DNA from: Candidatus Poseidoniaceae archaeon
GTDB taxonomy: Archaea > Thermoplasmatota > Poseidoniia > Poseidoniales > Poseidoniaceae
DNA: 64,000 nucleotides
Reading direction: 5' to 3'
NCBI GenBank assembly: GCA_030747695.1
Contig: JASLKG010000005.1
Coordinates: 24,599-88,598 of the forward strand
The notes under the pieces were generated by a model that was given only the letters and a program-made list of their open reading frames with translations, was not told the DNA's origin and searched no databases. A program made the translations under genes and the position numbers. Position 1 is the first letter of the stretch, and the number at the start of each line of letters is the position of its first letter. This document shows, one piece after another, positions 10,304 to 19,122 of the stretch.

Positions 10304-10350
10304 AAAAAATCACCGTTACATTGTAAGACCTTCACTTCTAGTAGCAATTT

Positions 10351-10533
10351 ATGCCTAGGAGGAAGTATGGTCGTTTACGAAAGACGGTAGAAATGCCTTC
10401 TAAGAGCAATTGCTCTCGTTGTAGATCAGGAAAACATTGTCCAATCGAAGGTCATGATGGGTATAATGTAAGCAGCCATCGCGAGTGGAGTGGGCCTTCA
10501 AAGATAGAAAAGAGAAAGAAAGCTAAATCATGA
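10351..10533 (+). CDS. Small basic putative zinc-finger protein
   Basis: C-x2-C-x5-C-x4-H (CSRCRSGKHCPIEGH), Lys/Arg-rich, 60 aa. Confidence 0.65.
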   Translation: MPRRKYGRLRKTVEMPSKSNCSRCRSGKHCPIEGHDGYNVSSHREWSGPSKIEKRKKAKS

Positions 10534-11550
10534 ATTCTCAGTGCTGTCTGCATCATTCATTTGTGCTCTACGATAAACTTCCCTTAGAGTCTGATCACTT
10601 ATCTCAAGGTAAACTCTTGTGGTTGCAATACTTGCATGCCCTAGTAATCTCTGAATACTAACCAAATCAGCCCCTCTTTCTAACAACCCAGTTGCGAAAT
10701 TGTGCCTCAATACGTGAGGGCTCAATCTTCCATTAGGAATTCCTGCCTCTTTGGCAATTTTATCCATAAGTCGTTGAACACCTCTGGGTAATAAATGAGT
10801 CCCAGAAGGCATTACTAGCAGATTATCACATACGGGATTTCTTGACTCCCTTACTGGGGACCATGCAGCAATACGTCCTAATGTAGCTTCAGTAAACAAG
10901 ACAAGGCGATCCTTTCCTCCTTTACCATCAATTACAATAGCAGAATGATCTTCCATATCAATATCAGAAAGTTTCAGATCACATAATTCTGAAACTCTTA
11001 ATCCTGTTTCAAGGATAATAGTAACCACTAAATCAGCCAAAGGGTCTTCACTACAAGAAGCAGCATCTCTAACTAAAGACAATTCTCTACTGGTAAGAGT
11101 TCTTGGTAGTTTTTTCCCACTCTTTGGACGAGTTAGATGTTCTGGCCATTTCTGCCCGAGCCAATTTATTAGATGATTAGCAGCAGCGAGTCTGGCTTTA
11201 ACTGTGGATGGAGATCTATCAGTGAGAGATTGAACCCATTGATCAAGTCTACCATTAAAGGGTTCCACTCTTTCTAGAACTTCTTCAACAGTAAGGCTTT
11301 CTCTTTCAGATTCAGATAGGATATTTTCTCCTTGTAATGGCGTTTCTAAGAGGTGTCTTATTGCAAGAAGATATGCTTTTTGAGTATTAACAGATTTGCC
11401 TTCAGTTCGCATTTGATTTGTATAGCATGAAACCCATGGTAATTGGCCACGCGTAACAAGCCGTGGAGGCAGCTCTGGCCCATCATCATCTAGGCGCTGC
11501 TGCACTGTATTTTGCCTTGGCCTATATCGTCGTGTTCTCATTGGCGTCAC
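10528..11550 (-). CDS. xerA: Tyrosine recombinase, XerA-like
   Basis: TGLRVSEL, GKGGKDR, HVLRHNFAT, LLGHASIATTRVY; complete R-K-H-R-H-Y set. Confidence 0.88.
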   Translation of the reverse strand: MTPMRTRRYRPRQNTVQQRLDDDGPELPPRLVTRGQLPWVSCYTNQMRTEGKSVNTQKAYLLAIRHLLETPLQGENILSESERESLTVEEVLERVEPFNGRLDQWVQSLTDRSPSTVKARLAAANHLINWLGQKWPEHLTRPKSGKKLPRTLTSRELSLVRDAASCSEDPLADLVVTIILETGLRVSELCDLKLSDIDMEDHSAIVIDGKGGKDRLVLFTEATLGRIAAWSPVRESRNPVCDNLLVMPSGTHLLPRGVQRLMDKIAKEAGIPNGRLSPHVLRHNFATGLLERGADLVSIQRLLGHASIATTRVYLEISDQTLREVYRRAQMNDADSTENS

Positions 11551-11554
11551 CGCC

Positions 11555-11601
11555 TACTCGCCGAGGCGAGCGTGCATCCCGTGTCCCGAAGGACAATACA
11601 C
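11555..11601 (-). promoter_or_regulatory. Structured 5' leader of xerA (two hairpins, one with a cUUCGg tetraloop)
   Basis: Minus strand GUGUAUU-GUCC-UUCG-GGAC-ACGG-GAUGCAC, then GCUCGC-CUCG-GCGAGU. Confidence 0.45.
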
Positions 11602-11645
11602 ATACGAAAGTCACTTCTAATGAAGGCTTCGCGCGGAACCCCACA

Positions 11646-12830
11646 TTACACGTCTACATTACTACTAGAAAGCGCACTCACAGGAGGAAATTCAAGCAAT
11701 TTTCGCTTAATCGATGCTCTAAGCTGCTCTAAGTCACCATAACAAATTACAGAATCATGGAACCTTAGTTGCAATTCAGGTTCAGGATTCCAGATTAGTT
11801 TACCTGCGCGTGAAAGTGCAAATACAGGAATATCTCCTTTGAATAGATCATTGATTGGCCTTCCAATGAGGTGAGGATGGTTTCGCAAATGAACCGAAAG
11901 AACACCCTGTCCAGGAATAGTTCTCAGCAATTGGTCAACATTGACATCCGAAAAGTCTGATTCTCCAATTACATAATCAATAATTTCTCCAGCGACATTA
12001 ACACCACTTGCTTTTTCGATACCTTCAAGTCCAGGTGATGAATTAACTTCCAATACTAGTGGCCCATCATGCCCTTCAAGCAAATCAACCCCTGCCACAT
12101 TTAACCCTAATACGCGAGCAGCACGGCAGGCCACTTCTGCATATTCTTCTGTAATATCAACACTTTCAACAGTACCATTTAGATGAAAGTTAGAACGAAA
12201 TTCACGGCCCCTCGCCTTTCTTCTCATACATGCAACAACACGTCCTCCAACAACTAGTGCGCGTATATCTTTACCATGGCTTTCAGCAATGTACTCTTGG
12301 ATAAGAATAGCTTTACCAGTCATCAAAAGACCCTGTACTAAGTTTTTAGTTTCGTGTAGAGTATGACGTAGGAAGACCCCCTGCCCCTGAGTCCCTTGAG
12401 TAACTTTAACTACAGCTGGTAAACCTCCAACTGCATCAATCGCTCTTTCAATATCTTTCATATCTCGGACATAAGAGGTACGGGGAGTCGGAATTCTATT
12501 CCGTGCTAATATCTGTGAAGAGTGTAATTTGTCTCTACTTTGTAGTATTCCTTGACTGGAATTAGCAGTCCAAACTTCTAATTGTTCCAAATGACGTAGT
12601 ACCGAGACCCCGTGTTTTGTGATTGAATGCCCAATTCTTGGAATAACAGCATTATAATCAAATGTATTTCCCTGGTGCAATATACCTATTTCTTGTTCTG
12701 CAACAAACAGTGAAAATTGCATAGGATCAAGTACAGCAACATCGATGTCCCTCAATTTAGCTTCTTCAACTAGACGACGCGTACTGTATAACCGGGGCCC
12801 CCTGGATAATACCGCGAGTCTTGTCGCCAT
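11646..12830 (-). CDS. rimK: RimK family alpha-L-glutamate ligase with C-terminal RCK_C (TrkA-C)-like domain
   Basis: LYSTRRL, VIPRIG, GTQGQGV, FRSNFHLNG, LEVNSSPGLEGIE; extra tail HPHLIGRPI...LSRAGKLIWNPEPELQL...D. Confidence 0.9.
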   Translation of the reverse strand: MATRLAVLSRGPRLYSTRRLVEEAKLRDIDVAVLDPMQFSLFVAEQEIGILHQGNTFDYNAVIPRIGHSITKHGVSVLRHLEQLEVWTANSSQGILQSRDKLHSSQILARNRIPTPRTSYVRDMKDIERAIDAVGGLPAVVKVTQGTQGQGVFLRHTLHETKNLVQGLLMTGKAILIQEYIAESHGKDIRALVVGGRVVACMRRKARGREFRSNFHLNGTVESVDITEEYAEVACRAARVLGLNVAGVDLLEGHDGPLVLEVNSSPGLEGIEKASGVNVAGEIIDYVIGESDFSDVNVDQLLRTIPGQGVLSVHLRNHPHLIGRPINDLFKGDIPVFALSRAGKLIWNPEPELQLRFHDSVICYGDLEQLRASIKRKLLEFPPVSALSSSNVDV

Positions 12831-12915
12831 GTTTGCTGCCGCCCCCCTTTCCTTTTTGAGTCCTTTGCTAATTTACCATCGTTTAATTCAAGTGAAGTGT
12901 GGTGATGGCAGAGCC

Positions 12916-13965
12916 ATGACCGAGCAGGAAATGGTGGAAAAAGCCCCTGTGAAAGAGAAAAAACCTTCCGAAACGATGTCACTCGAGGATAGAAAATCTG
13001 GCCTTAAAAAATCGCGTTGGAATGTATTCATGTATCTAGGTTTAGCAGCAATATTTTTTGCATTTGCTTTATTTCCATTCACCCATGAAATCTCTATGGA
13101 TGACAGATTTGGAGAAACACATACTGGGTATGTGTGGGGCATTCCATTAGCTGGAGAAGATTTTACAGATGTGCCAGCAGAAGTAACAATTACAATCAAT
13201 TCATTACCAGAATCAACAAGAGGTTTTGAAGTTGCAATGGTAGAGGGAGCATCTTGTGTAGATTCTACAGGTCTAATGAATCAAAAGTATACTGAAATGC
13301 AAACAGATCCAGAAAATCATTCCAATTATTATGCATATATTGATGATGTCGCACCAGGACAAGTACACAAAATCACAATGAATTTGGATCCAGGTACTTA
13401 TTGCATCAAGACGTTTGTAGATTCTAATAATGCAATAGGCGTAGATGCTGATGTAGAAGTGGCTACTTATCCTAATCAAATAATCTCAGGGGTGATAGGA
13501 ACATTTTGTCTTGCATTGTCTGGTTTTGCTTTTATTGGTGCTCAGAAACATGGCAAATATATCAAAAAATTAGTTGAGCCCAAGGAGAAAACGGTAGAAG
13601 AAACAGTCCTTTCTGAAACTGCGAATACAAGAATTGCGGCAGGGCCGGCAGGACCGCCACAAGTAGCAGGACCGTCAGGACCGCCACAAGTAGCAGGACC
13701 GTCAGGCCCGCCACAAGCAGAAGGGCCGGCAGGACCGCCACAAGCAGTAGGACCGGCAGGACCGCCACAAGCTGCTGAGCCAATAATTGACACACCTGAA
13801 GAATCAGTTGAAGAAGTAGAAGATCAGACAGAACACCCCGAAGATGTATTTGAAGACCAAGGCCACGGTTATTTCTTCCGAAAATACCCAGACGGAACGT
13901 ACGATCAAACCGTATATGTTGTAGAAGACGGAGAATATGTTCCGTATGTCGATCCTGATGAGTGA
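12916..13965 (+). CDS. Two-TM membrane protein with GPxGPPQ repeats
   Basis: Two TM helices flank an external domain; Pro-rich repeat and acidic tail; ATG 12916 avoids overlap with rimK. Confidence 0.8.
   Translation: MTEQEMVEKAPVKEKKPSETMSLEDRKSGLKKSRWNVFMYLGLAAIFFAFALFPFTHEISMDDRFGETHTGYVWGIPLAGEDFTDVPAEVTITINSLPESTRGFEVAMVEGASCVDSTGLMNQKYTEMQTDPENHSNYYAYIDDVAPGQVHKITMNLDPGTYCIKTFVDSNNAIGVDADVEVATYPNQIISGVIGTFCLALSGFAFIGAQKHGKYIKKLVEPKEKTVEETVLSETANTRIAAGPAGPPQVAGPSGPPQVAGPSGPPQAEGPAGPPQAVGPAGPPQAAEPIIDTPEESVEEVEDQTEHPEDVFEDQGHGYFFRKYPDGTYDQTVYVVEDGEYVPYVDPDE
13639..13773 (+). repeat. Five 27-bp tandem repeats encoding xGPxGPPQx
   Basis: gcagggccggcaggaccgccacaagta and four variants read directly. 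Confidence 0.9.
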
Positions 13966-13966
13966 A

Positions 13967-13984
13967 CGGCCCTGTAAGGGCCGC
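13967..13984 (+). terminator. GC-rich inverted repeat just after a stop codon (possible terminator or operator)
   Basis: CGGCCCT-GTA-AGGGCCG. Confidence 0.35.
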
Positions 13985-14040
13985 ATATAGCCCCATCCTT
14001 GAAAGAGGGTGAGGTCTCCGTATGCAATGTAGGTGAGAAT

Positions 14041-16110
14041 ATGACCGACGACTTGTCGTCCCGTACTGTAGTGGCCCTGAAGGCAATGTGTAAGAAGCAC
14101 GGCCTGAAAACAACAGGGAAAAAAGCGGACATAGTCAAGCGTTTAGATGAACATTTGAACGAGGAATCCATCTCACTCGAAGAAGAAATAATTGATACAC
14201 CAAAAGAGGTAAAATCAAAATCAAAACCCAAAGAAGAAACAATTTCGCTTGAGGAAGAAGACGTTTTGGAAGCTGAAGTCTTAGAAGCAGAGATAGTTGA
14301 TATAATTCCTGAAGTTTCAAAAATCAAGAAAGATGATACTTATGTTCCGACATTAATTGATCAATTTAAAAATCCAAAAATCGCCGTAGTATTACTTTCA
14401 TTAATGTTAGCAGGGGGAGGTTGGTATTGGTATGCAAATAGCCAATTAGAGCCATTTACTCCTGATGATTTACGTTATGGAGACAGAATGACATTTTCAA
14501 TCGATGGCTTAGGCAGTAGTGGAGAAGGAATAGATGTAACTGATGGTTTTATTGATTTGGTGTTGGATAATTTTGAAACCGAAGAAGAAATTTGTAGATT
14601 AAAATTTACCTTTTCAGGAATTGGATCAAGCGCAGTTACAAAAGGGGGCTTAGATCAGTTGGAATTGGAGCCGGATAATTCTTTGGAGGGAGTTGTAGTA
14701 GCTAAAGGGGCTTATGGATTGGATTGGTTAACAGTTGAAAAGGAACATAACCACGATCTAGATTACGTTTTTATTGAACGATATAAACCAAAATTACTCA
14801 ATAATAACGAGTGTAATTCACAAGGAGCAGGAGTCGCAGGTGAAATGGATTTAACGACTAAAACTTGGACAGAGATTTCAGAACAAGATGTGATTTCAAC
14901 GAAGGCACAATATGCTATGGAAATTGATGGTTCAAGTTACCAAGGCACCACAGTATCTTACGGCATAGGAGGTATACTTGGGGCTTTAGAAAGCGTAACA
15001 CCAGGGGTTGCAATGATATTCTACCCTATCGAAATTCGTGAATTAATGGGAGCTACATTGATTGAAACTGGAGCTAATGGCAAGCATTTAGGCTGGGCCT
15101 GGAATGTTATTGGTCCAGATGAAATTGATGGAGAAAAGTTATGGAAAGTTTCACTTGAACACACTGAAATTTCCGAGAATTGTTTAGGACATGCAAGAAT
15201 TTCTATGTGGATTACAGAAGGCTCACCATGGGCAGTACGTCAGAATGTAGACGTCCATATTTCAGGTAAGGAAGGTGATAGGTCAGCATGTGGCACAGCA
15301 ACACAATTACTGGGAGACCTCATTCTTCCAGACGGAACAATGAAAATCAAGTTTGATATAGTTCAAAATACACTAACGCGAGGAAGCAAATTGCTTGATT
15401 TAGGAGATTCTTATGCATCTTATCCAAACGATGGAGGTTATGCTCCATCTAGTAGCCAATTATCAAATTGGGCATCTTATGATCTTCACCTTCCAGATAA
15501 TAGTAGCATGAGGGAGCATACTTTGGAGATGGCAGTATCTTGTGTTTCACAATTACAATCACAAGTGGTTGCAGCTAATGCTGCACTAAATGATGATGGA
15601 TATATTTGGAGAGCTATCGATGACCGTACTGGAGATGACACACGATGGAATCTTTCATGGGTAAGTAGTGACCCAAATTCAGGATGGGTTTTACTTGATG
15701 TATCAGGAAATGAATCCAATATCGGACAATGCACTTATGTTGATCATGGAAGTTATGATAACACAGTAGCACATAATCGAGATGATATCCCTGCTGCATT
15801 GAATATAACTATGCTAGAACAGGATATTACCGATTCAAGCCGTTATCCTGATTTAGTTGGCGATGAAAGGTTTTTCACATCCACAGGCCAGTATCATTCA
15901 GGCACACGTGTAGGACATCTTATTGTCACTCCAGATGGTGAATATACTGATTGGATAAACCGTTTGAATTCTGGAGATACAGGCGCGACAACACTTGATT
16001 TATCGCGCTCTTGGGATACGATGGGTTGGTCAAATTCATTGACTTTAGCAATGGATGCAACAACAGGACAACTAATTGGTTGGAATCATTTCAAGAGCAT
16101 GGAGGCTTAA
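14041..16110 (+). CDS. SAP-domain single-pass membrane protein with large external domain
   Basis: LSSRTVVALKAMCKKHGLKTTGKKADIVKRL SAP motif, acidic linker, TM IAVVLLSLMLAGGGWYWY; AGGTGA SD. Confidence 0.85.
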   Translation: MTDDLSSRTVVALKAMCKKHGLKTTGKKADIVKRLDEHLNEESISLEEEIIDTPKEVKSKSKPKEETISLEEEDVLEAEVLEAEIVDIIPEVSKIKKDDTYVPTLIDQFKNPKIAVVLLSLMLAGGGWYWYANSQLEPFTPDDLRYGDRMTFSIDGLGSSGEGIDVTDGFIDLVLDNFETEEEICRLKFTFSGIGSSAVTKGGLDQLELEPDNSLEGVVVAKGAYGLDWLTVEKEHNHDLDYVFIERYKPKLLNNNECNSQGAGVAGEMDLTTKTWTEISEQDVISTKAQYAMEIDGSSYQGTTVSYGIGGILGALESVTPGVAMIFYPIEIRELMGATLIETGANGKHLGWAWNVIGPDEIDGEKLWKVSLEHTEISENCLGHARISMWITEGSPWAVRQNVDVHISGKEGDRSACGTATQLLGDLILPDGTMKIKFDIVQNTLTRGSKLLDLGDSYASYPNDGGYAPSSSQLSNWASYDLHLPDNSSMREHTLEMAVSCVSQLQSQVVAANAALNDDGYIWRAIDDRTGDDTRWNLSWVSSDPNSGWVLLDVSGNESNIGQCTYVDHGSYDNTVAHNRDDIPAALNITMLEQDITDSSRYPDLVGDERFFTSTGQYHSGTRVGHLIVTPDGEYTDWINRLNSGDTGATTLDLSRSWDTMGWSNSLTLAMDATTGQLIGWNHFKSMEA

Positions 16111-16111
16111 C

Positions 16112-16435
16112 ATGAGTAATCGTGACCTCGATCATCTGATTGAGCAAAATGAAACAGAATTAGGCTTTCTGTCAGCATACGGCGGAGGCGAATCTTCAGA
16201 AGAATTATTTGAGAAGATTTCCAAAATGGTTTCGAAAAATATGCGATTAAAAAATCATGAAGAGGGTGTGGAATTTTCGATGAGAGGAAAGTTACCATTG
16301 GTTTCGTCTGACATAAACCGGAGAGGTTTTCTTCATGGTAAATTAGATGATAAAGGTGTAAAAGTAGTAATTACAGACCTAGGTCCCGAGCAACTTCGCT
16401 TTATTGAAAGGCTGGTAGAATTCAATCACGATTGA
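16112..16435 (+). CDS. Hypothetical protein
   Basis: GGAGG SD, starts 1 nt after the SAP gene stop. Confidence 0.65.
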   Translation: MSNRDLDHLIEQNETELGFLSAYGGGESSEELFEKISKMVSKNMRLKNHEEGVEFSMRGKLPLVSSDINRRGFLHGKLDDKGVKVVITDLGPEQLRFIERLVEFNHD

Positions 16436-16979
16436 TGAATGCAGCAATCAAAATAGCGCCCATCGTCGCGATGGCTGTTATTGCAGGTAATTTTTCACTA
16501 CCTCCGTTAGATGAATCACATCCTTCACCACCCCAAGAACCTTCATAATACCAACAATTTGACCAGGTTTTGTAAAAACCAGAAGAAGGGAATCTTTCAG
16601 AATCATCGTTTTCATAAGTAGCTATAATCCTCCAATTTACGTATGAGTGATCATCGATTGTAGTTACAAATGATGTGAAAGTAACATTGTCATCAGATGT
16701 TAATGGTCGTTCTTCGGGAGGGAAACAAGTACCTTCATTATTGCAAATCTGTGTTGTAAGAGTAAATGTAGTACCATTATTTGCAGCATCATCAGTTAAT
16801 TTGAGAGATATCTCCCATTTCTCCAAGTCAGGAGTCCTTTGAGTATGGTCAATACTTTCGAAAATAGTTTCACCATCTTCAGGATCAATGTCTTCCCCTC
16901 CTACGTTTTCAGCACTAACATTTGGTAGCAATAGTAGTAATGTAATAAATCCACAAAGGATAGTTTTGTTGCAATTCAT
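16422..16979 (-). CDS. Secreted protein with PGF-CTERM-like C-terminal anchor
   Basis: Signal peptide; C-terminal LPAITAIATMGAILIAAFINRD; ATGA overlap with the PUA gene. Confidence 0.75.
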   Translation of the reverse strand: MNCNKTILCGFITLLLLLPNVSAENVGGEDIDPEDGETIFESIDHTQRTPDLEKWEISLKLTDDAANNGTTFTLTTQICNNEGTCFPPEERPLTSDDNVTFTSFVTTIDDHSYVNWRIIATYENDDSERFPSSGFYKTWSNCWYYEGSWGGEGCDSSNGGSEKLPAITAIATMGAILIAAFINRD

Positions 16980-17485
16980 AATTCCATTTCCCATAACTCG
17001 TCACCAACCCAGTGAATGTTCTTCAGCCCCTTACCTTTTGTATTATTTACGAGGGATTTCCCATTTAACAGTGCCCATCCGATTGCAATTGGGCGTTTAT
17101 GATTTTGATCTCTTACCCAAACAAGATCTCCTTCACAAATTTCATCATCAGCTTCATGAATACCAGCAACCATACAATCCGCCCCTTTCATTAGAAAAGG
17201 AATTGCTCCGTGATCAATTTCTACAAATCGCTTTTCACAAGGATGTGAAATAAAACCCCGAAGAGTTAGGAAAACAACCCTTTCTTCTTGCAAATTTTCA
17301 AGTTCAACAGCCAAAGGAACTCTATCCACAAGTACCATTTTCCATGGCCCATAATCTGCCATTTCGAGAAATGCACCATCAACTGCAAGATCAATACCTA
17401 AGTTAGATTCTAGGTCTTTTAGCAACGGAGCAATATGCTTACGCCTTACAGGCCTCCTTTTTTTGATCTGCCACTCCTTCGCCAC
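16976..17485 (-). CDS. PUA-domain RNA-binding protein (DUF1947/MCT-1-like)
   Basis: IDHGAIPFLMKGADCMVAGI...KGKGLKNIHWVGDELW. Confidence 0.9.
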   Translation of the reverse strand: MAKEWQIKKRRPVRRKHIAPLLKDLESNLGIDLAVDGAFLEMADYGPWKMVLVDRVPLAVELENLQEERVVFLTLRGFISHPCEKRFVEIDHGAIPFLMKGADCMVAGIHEADDEICEGDLVWVRDQNHKRPIAIGWALLNGKSLVNNTKGKGLKNIHWVGDELWEMEL

Positions 17486-17540
17486 ATCAGGTCGTAAAAG
17501 TGAGTAGTATTGACCCTTGGGATTGAAGAACTAGGAATTA

Positions 17541-18122
17541 GTGCGGATGTACATGGATGTCTGGTGCGCCATCAGAACATATCCCAGTCATGCACAGGAA
17601 TTAGGTAATCAAACCCCAAAGGAACCAGTATTTTTCCTTAAACCAGAGTCTTCAATTATTCCATTTGGAAAAATAGATACTAGTTCTAATGACATCCATC
17701 ACGAAATAGAATTAGTATTGAAAATTGGTTTAGATGGAAATCCAGAAGCCATGGCAATAGGATTAGATTTGACTAAACGCAATGTACAAAATGAAATTAA
17801 AAAACAGGGATTACCTTGGTCCGAAGCAAAGGCATTCAAAGACTCCGCAATAATTGGAGAATGGATAGATTTTGATCATAGAGCAACATTTACTCTTTCT
17901 GTTAACGATACAATTAGGCAGCAAGGAGCATTGTCAAAAATGAGTTGGAATGTTTATGAATTAATCAACAAATTAAGTGAATGGGCGCCATTAAATCCCG
18001 GAGATATATTGTTTACAGGTACTCCAGAGGGGGTTGGGCCATTATTCAAGGGAGATGCAATTGTAGCGTCCCTATACATCGAAAATCAATGTATTATTGA
18101 ACAGCATGCTGAATGTGTATGA
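17541..18122 (+). CDS. Fumarylacetoacetate hydrolase family protein
   Basis: PVFFLKP, HHEIEL, GLPWSEAKAF, PGDILFTGTPEGVG. Confidence 0.92.
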   Translation: MRMYMDVWCAIRTYPSHAQELGNQTPKEPVFFLKPESSIIPFGKIDTSSNDIHHEIELVLKIGLDGNPEAMAIGLDLTKRNVQNEIKKQGLPWSEAKAFKDSAIIGEWIDFDHRATFTLSVNDTIRQQGALSKMSWNVYELINKLSEWAPLNPGDILFTGTPEGVGPLFKGDAIVASLYIENQCIIEQHAECV

Positions 18123-18176
18123 GCCATACCCTTCAAATATGAACGGCTGGTCGCCGTGGCGCTGGAGATAACAAAT

Positions 18177-18551
18177 ATGGCACAGTGGCATGGTTTTTCA
18201 CGTCGTAAGTCAACTGGTGGACGACGTGTTCTTTCACGTGGAAAGCGCAGTACAGAAATTTCAAGCGAAAAACAATTCGCACTCATAGGAGAACCAAAGC
18301 GTAAGATTTACCGTACGACTGGTGGGAAAACATTGGTACGTATTCTTTCTGATAACACCTGTTCGGTTGCTACCAAGAAAGGAAAAACAGTATCTGCAAC
18401 AGTAACTAATGTTGTAGAAAATGATGCTAATCCTAACTATATTCGACGTAACATTTTGACCAAAGGTGCAATAGTTGAAACTAGCGAAGGCCGAGTTCGA
18501 ATTACATCCCGCCCAGGGCATGATGGTGTCCTGAATGGCATTCAACTTTGA
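18177..18551 (+). CDS. rps8e: 30S ribosomal protein S8e
   Basis: RRKSTGGR, RRNILTKGAIVET, ITSRPGHDGVLNG. Confidence 0.96.
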   Translation: MAQWHGFSRRKSTGGRRVLSRGKRSTEISSEKQFALIGEPKRKIYRTTGGKTLVRILSDNTCSVATKKGKTVSATVTNVVENDANPNYIRRNILTKGAIVETSEGRVRITSRPGHDGVLNGIQL

Positions 18552-18588
18552 GCGAGCATTTCAATAATAGCCACGCCGAGGGCTCGAT

Positions 18589-19047
18589 ATGGACCACAAC
18601 CCAGACCGCATTGCTGTGTGGCCAGGATACTTTAATGCCAAAGTTTCTCGAAGAAGTGGACGTAGAGTGCCTAGAGATTCATCAGTTCTAAGGCCGGATC
18701 TTGAAGGCTTATTCATTGCAGCAAGGGCATTGGGCTTGCGTAAAATAAAGAGGGATGAAAGAATTTCACATCCTCAAAGACCCCATGGAAAGGAAGGGCG
18801 CCTATGGGTTTCTAAACGAGGAGCATTAGAGTCAATAGGAGCCAGTAGTAAGGAAGAAATCTTACAATTAATAGGCGGGCAATGGCGCAAAATGCAGAAG
18901 GAACAACGAGATACAGAGAAAGAGGCTGCAGTACGTGGCCCTCAAACTGGAGACCGTCGGGCAAGAGCGCAAAGAAAAGGTTCAAACAAGGCAAAGGCAG
19001 CTCAGGCTAGAGCCCAGCGAGCACAAAAACAACGTCGCCGTAGATAA
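18589..19047 (+). CDS. srp19: Signal recognition particle protein SRP19 with basic C-terminal extension
   Basis: VWPGYFNAKVSRRSGRRVP, HP...GRLWV; adjacent to S8e. Confidence 0.9.
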   Translation: MDHNPDRIAVWPGYFNAKVSRRSGRRVPRDSSVLRPDLEGLFIAARALGLRKIKRDERISHPQRPHGKEGRLWVSKRGALESIGASSKEEILQLIGGQWRKMQKEQRDTEKEAAVRGPQTGDRRARAQRKGSNKAKAAQARAQRAQKQRRRR

Positions 19048-19122
19048 TTATCTACACCCGGAGAAGGGCCCCGGGGATTCCCCGAATTTCATTTATGTCC
19101 TTTAAGCGACAAATAAGAAAAC

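Noticed and set aside
9754-10347. Phe/Ala-rich minus-strand ORF
   Set aside because: Antisense of the Lys/Ala-rich HhH gene.
10528-11550. Tyrosine recombinase as a prophage or island integrase
   Set aside because: No adjacent tRNA, att repeat or mobile genes; size and motifs fit housekeeping XerA.
13639-13773. CRISPR array or collagen triple helix
   Set aside because: Repeats are contiguous, in frame and without spacers; no cas genes; Gly is not at every third residue.
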